From NCBI GenBank assembly GCA_049515895.1, contig JBEKTQ010000005.1, positions 82,207 through 146,206 on the forward strand: 64,000 nt of DNA. Direction: 5' to 3'. The notes under the pieces were generated by a model. The model was not told the DNA's origin, ran no database searches, and saw only the letters and a program-made list of their open reading frames with translations. Shown here piece by piece: positions 60,215 through 64,000 of this stretch. This DNA comes from Candidatus Bathyarchaeia archaeon (GTDB taxonomy: Archaea > Thermoproteota > Bathyarchaeia > Bathyarchaeales > Bathycorpusculaceae). The first letter of the stretch is position 1, and each line of letters begins with the position of its first letter. The translations under genes and the position numbers were made by a program.

Positions 60215-61297
60215 ATGCAACTTCCCAAACCGAAATTTACGTGGAAAACGGTAATTTTTCCACTGGTGGGATTGATTGGCTTTTTCCTATATATTTACCT
60301 ATACAAAGTGGACATCATAGGCATATTGGCAACCGCAAAAAAAGCGGATCCACTCATTTACTCAATAGCCATACTATTCGGGTTGTTCCAGGTCCTGTTT
60401 TTCACAGTTTCCTGGCGGGTATTAACCAATCATCTTTCTATCAAAATGAGCTTGATTCGGGCTTACCTCTACGTATGGTATGGGATGTACGTTGACACCA
60501 TCGTTCCAGCCCAATCCATCAGCGGAGAAGTAACCCGAACATACCTGCTCACAAGAGATGGATGCGGCTCATTCGGAAAAGTTGTCGCATCACTTTACAC
60601 TCACAGGTTTCTCGGCACCGCGATTAACGTTGTTGCATTAATCGCAGGATTAGTTTTGCTAACATTCGGAGGCAACGTTAACCCCCTCGTCTTTAACTCA
60701 ATCATAATCGTCGCGGTTGCAATAACAACGATGCTTGTTTTGATGGCAGTTTTTTCTCTGAAACAAGAATGGACCTTAAAAGGGGTCAATTGGGTAACAG
60801 AATTCGCCCACAAAATCAGTAGAGGAAGAATGAAACTGGGAAAACTGAAAGAAGAAGCTATAGAGATTACGACGCACTTTCACGATTCAATGAAGGAGTT
60901 TCGTCAAGCCCCGAGAGCTGTAGCTTTCTCGTTGTCCTATCTGCTTGTTTCATGGTTCTTTAGCCTAAGCATCCCATACCTTGTCTTTTTATCGCTAGAT
61001 CATCCTGTTTCAATAAGCATAATTATTGTCACTTCAGCAATATTCTTGGCTGTCAAATCGATTCCGGTGGGTATTCCTTTTGAAGTTGGTCTTCCAGAAG
61101 CAGTAATGACCACGCTCTACATTTCGATGGGTGTACCAGGACCGCTGGCTGCCACGGCCACCATACTCACAAGAATCATTACCTTATGGTTGTTCTTCAT
61201 CATAGGCTTCGGAGCACAACAATGGCTTGAACTGAAGCCCCTCAAAATGGTGATGTCACCAACTTCCGCAGCTACGGAAGCCAAAACTCCGCAATAA
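60215..61297 (+). CDS. Lysylphosphatidylglycerol synthase TM / flippase-like (UPF0104) membrane protein
   Basis: SWRVL, IVPAQSISGEVTR, PFEVGLPE and ATILTRIIT motifs. Confidence 0.85.
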   Translation: MQLPKPKFTWKTVIFPLVGLIGFFLYIYLYKVDIIGILATAKKADPLIYSIAILFGLFQVLFFTVSWRVLTNHLSIKMSLIRAYLYVWYGMYVDTIVPAQSISGEVTRTYLLTRDGCGSFGKVVASLYTHRFLGTAINVVALIAGLVLLTFGGNVNPLVFNSIIIVAVAITTMLVLMAVFSLKQEWTLKGVNWVTEFAHKISRGRMKLGKLKEEAIEITTHFHDSMKEFRQAPRAVAFSLSYLLVSWFFSLSIPYLVFLSLDHPVSISIIIVTSAIFLAVKSIPVGIPFEVGLPEAVMTTLYISMGVPGPLAATATILTRIITLWLFFIIGFGAQQWLELKPLKMVMSPTSAATEAKTPQ

Positions 61298-61354
61298 TTT
61301 TCCCTTTTTCCTTTTTTGGTTCTCAATTTTATCTAAATAAAAACAGTAGAGGTT

Positions 61355-62386
61355 TTGAACTTGATAGTAAATGAAATACCTATTAGCGAAAGCGATAAAA
61401 AAACGATTTCCCCCGAGAACCAATCTCGGTATAAAACAATTCAAGAAAAAACTGTGGGCGGCGAGAAAGTTTACATCATTGACGTTGACATTGATTTAGG
61501 TCGTAGCCTGGCAGAAAGCATACAGAACTTAGGTCCAATTATGCCAATCTACTACATGGCAGACGGCGTGACGCTTGTTGACGGTTTTCATAGATTAGCC
61601 GAATGTCCTAACGCTCAATATACTAAGATTATTCTGAAAAATTGCGTTACTGAGGTCGATAGGGTACTTTATAGTACCGCTATTAATTTCAATCGGAGAA
61701 AAGGAACTTCTGAAGAACTCAAGAAAAACATAGTGTTTCTTGCAACTGAAGGACACTTAAGCGTTAATGAGATTGTATCCAAAATCGGTTTGAGTCACTC
61801 AACCGTTGACCGTTATTATCCTAAAGAACTGAAGGATCAAGCGCATTCTCAACTTGGAATCGCAAGCGGAAAAGCAAGAGCCCTCAAGGCCACACAACAA
61901 ACACAAACCGCTCGCACCACCCGCGTGGGTGCTTCCACCGAATCCATTGCACATAATTTCACCCATGAAAATACGTGCAATGGTCCACAAGTTAACGCTC
62001 CAGGCATAGCGCCAAATGACGCTAAACCAAAAGAAAGTATTTGCGCTAATACCTCAAACGAGAAAGAACCTGCACTTAGCGATAACAGCGTTCCCACTTG
62101 GGAACGGCGAACTCAAGAGCCTACCTCTGAAGAGAAGATCAATACTTTAATCGCTGAAGATAACGAAGAACAGCAACAACTTGAAAAGCTCATATGTGAC
62201 GCCAAAGCCGATTTACCCAGTGATTTTAAACACGCTGTCTATGACTTGGCCGTTGACCCTGCCAAAGAACTTACACAGAAAAAACTTAATGAATGCCTCA
62301 CCGTCGCGGTTGAGGTTCTTTTGGATTTCATAGAGCGAGAAGGAACCTTGCAAGACCTGCTTAAGACAGCTTCAGAGAGATGGTAA
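61355..62386 (+). CDS. ParB/Srx N-terminal domain protein with HTH
   Basis: LAESIQNLGPIMPI...LVDGFHRL...NFNRR, then GHLSVNEIVSKIGLSHSTVDRY. Confidence 0.78.
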   Translation: MNLIVNEIPISESDKKTISPENQSRYKTIQEKTVGGEKVYIIDVDIDLGRSLAESIQNLGPIMPIYYMADGVTLVDGFHRLAECPNAQYTKIILKNCVTEVDRVLYSTAINFNRRKGTSEELKKNIVFLATEGHLSVNEIVSKIGLSHSTVDRYYPKELKDQAHSQLGIASGKARALKATQQTQTARTTRVGASTESIAHNFTHENTCNGPQVNAPGIAPNDAKPKESICANTSNEKEPALSDNSVPTWERRTQEPTSEEKINTLIAEDNEEQQQLEKLICDAKADLPSDFKHAVYDLAVDPAKELTQKKLNECLTVAVEVLLDFIEREGTLQDLLKTASERW

Positions 62387-62390
62387 AATA

Positions 62391-63443
62391 ATGTTGTTTG
62401 AACTAAACGGTAACACAGCCAATATCCTTGCTTACGTTAAGAACAGCGGTCTTTCGGAAGAAAAATACTTAGCCCTTATCCCTGACATGAAACTGCACCA
62501 ACAACTTTTCCAACTGAAATACAGAGAAAACATTACCGATCCTGAGAATTTAAGAAAAGTGCTGGGCCTTGACAGCAACATTGAGTTAACTAAATACGCT
62601 GAGATTCTTGACGCATGGTTAGCCTCTCAAAAGACGTTAAATCTTGATTTGGTTTGCCCTGAGTGTTTGGTTGCAGTTCTAACGGATAAAGTTGATGATG
62701 GCGAGAAGGTTTGCTTGTGCTGTAGCTTAGTGGTCGGCGCCTCTTATGACGAAAGCATACCCTTTGACGATAGTTTAGACCGCGACGTTACCTTTCAACC
62801 GTCAAGCGCATTAAGTCCCACTGACGGTTTAGGTTGCACAATTAAATCTCCAGAAATCCACAAGTTACTTTCTAACAATGACGTTGATTTCTCAGAGTTT
62901 CAAAAGACAAATCCACAAGAAGCAAGTGAGTTAAGCATGGCTAAGGATGGTTATCTTCGGAAGGGCGGTTTTTGTTATCGGTTAAAAGATGGTTACGTGA
63001 GGAGAATTGACCTTGAATACACTTTCAACCAACAAGACTTACCTCTGAGAAAATCTAAATTGGGCAGGGTTGTTGATTCATTCGCTAACGACAACAAAAG
63101 CGTCTTAAGTTACTCTTCTTTTATTTGCGATAAATACGGAATCTCTGACCCCGTTTTTAGGGAAGCTTTAGCTCGCAAGGTTAGGCAAGCCAGAGCGACC
63201 TTAAAATATTTTGGCAATTCGAGGCCAAGGATAAGACCGCTTGTTGACACAGTTTTTTTCCGTTGTTTGCTTAGATTCAAGAAAAGAACTGAAATACAGA
63301 AAGCTAAACCTAATTTGCACATTGACTATGGCATAGCTAATCTAATTGCTGAAGATGCTGTTTTCAAGAAAAAACATAGTACACCAAACTTGGATTCCAG
63401 TTTTCTTGATGATTGGGAAGATAGGGTCTTAAACAATGAATGA
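62391..63443 (+). CDS. Hypothetical protein with a TFIIB-type Zn ribbon and cyclin-like segment
   Basis: CPEC...DDGEKVCLCCSLVV, DGLGCTI and SFICDKYGISDPVFREALARKVRQA segments. Confidence 0.6.
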   Translation: MLFELNGNTANILAYVKNSGLSEEKYLALIPDMKLHQQLFQLKYRENITDPENLRKVLGLDSNIELTKYAEILDAWLASQKTLNLDLVCPECLVAVLTDKVDDGEKVCLCCSLVVGASYDESIPFDDSLDRDVTFQPSSALSPTDGLGCTIKSPEIHKLLSNNDVDFSEFQKTNPQEASELSMAKDGYLRKGGFCYRLKDGYVRRIDLEYTFNQQDLPLRKSKLGRVVDSFANDNKSVLSYSSFICDKYGISDPVFREALARKVRQARATLKYFGNSRPRIRPLVDTVFFRCLLRFKKRTEIQKAKPNLHIDYGIANLIAEDAVFKKKHSTPNLDSSFLDDWEDRVLNNE

Positions 63444-63565
63444 AGCGAGAAAAAAGGTAAGAGCCACACGGAAAAGGTAAATTAACCGTTGAGCTATAGC
63501 CGGTTCTTTTCTGTGAGCCCTTACCAGGGCGGTTCAAACCCTTAATAGAAAAAGGAAACAAGTTT

Positions 63566-63712
63566 TTAGGCGCTGCATCTTCTTGTGCAACAGTTTATTG
63601 CTGGGCAATCCTTACAGCCCTTAAAATTATGTTGTATTTTTCCAATTTCGGAATTTTGCAACAGGCCATCACTGTTATCTTCTTCTTGACAAGGTAAAAT
63701 GATCTTGTCCAT
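63566..63712 (-). CDS. Small Cys-rich protein (48 aa)
   Basis: MDKIILPCQEED...GCKDCPAINCCTRRCSA, starting 16 nt after the upstream stop, behind GAGTGA. Confidence 0.4.
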   Translation of the reverse strand: MDKIILPCQEEDNSDGLLQNSEIGKIQHNFKGCKDCPAINCCTRRCSA

Positions 63713-63728
63713 TTCGGTCACTCTTCTT

Positions 63729-64000
63729 TTAGCTCGGCAAATTGCCGATAGCAGATGTTTGTGGCTGTTTCAGTGTCGGCGTTTTGCCGTCAGCGTTAAT
63801 TTTCTCTTTATAGCGTCCGTAAGTGCGCGGCGGAATGCCGAAAACGCTTTGTAACGTGCTGTCACTCATACCTTGCGCCAAAAGGTAACTTATCGCGTTT
63901 GGAACTGGGAAATCTTCGTCAGGTTTAAAGAAAAACCGTAACCTCTCAAGGGTCATCTCTTTAACGCGAATAACAACATAGAAATGCGAAGGCATCCAAA
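63729..64000 (-). CDS. Hypothetical HTH-like protein (5' end may run off the window)
   Basis: AISYLLAQGMSDSTLQSVFGIPPRTYGRY; the frame stays open to the window edge. Confidence 0.55.
   Translation of the reverse strand, partial: WMPSHFYVVIRVKEMTLERLRFFFKPDEDFPVPNAISYLLAQGMSDSTLQSVFGIPPRTYGRYKEKINADGKTPTLKQPQTSAIGNLPS

Noticed and set aside
63495-63555. GGTTCAAACCC T-loop-like motif next to the hairpin GCCCTTACCAGGGC as a tRNA or att remnant
   Set aside because: No acceptor stem, D arm or 5-bp T stem can be built, and there is no second copy in the window.

Overview
This is an archaeal genomic window. Gene content and style (expanded PQQ-like beta-propeller surface proteins, class I CCA enzyme, FlaK/PibD peptidase, GGTGA/GGAGG ribosome-binding sites, oligo-T terminators) fit Bathyarchaeia; that assignment is an inference. 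In order, the window holds: a DUF1116 plus BMP-type ABC transporter cluster; an orphan pyrI; a frameshifted flavin reductase; several anchored extracellular proteins (G1 glutamic peptidase, FxLYD protein, Moco-domain protein, two convergent PQQ-like propellers); a housekeeping block (HMG-CoA reductase, MBL nuclease, DUF54, UPF0200, thpR, cca); an 8-gene type IV pilus-like operon with unusual pilin-like proteins; a cassette flanked by 38-bp inverted repeats that encodes a membrane-bound HTH regulator and an exported partner; TrmB with a third propeller; a wHTH / GT2 / sorting-substrate / archaeosortase locus; and two virus/plasmid-like segments with ParB, HTH proteins and two divergent TFB-like proteins around an internally deleted SSB. 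I saw no rRNA, complete tRNA, CRISPR array or integrase. All family calls come from motif recognition by eye, with no database searches.
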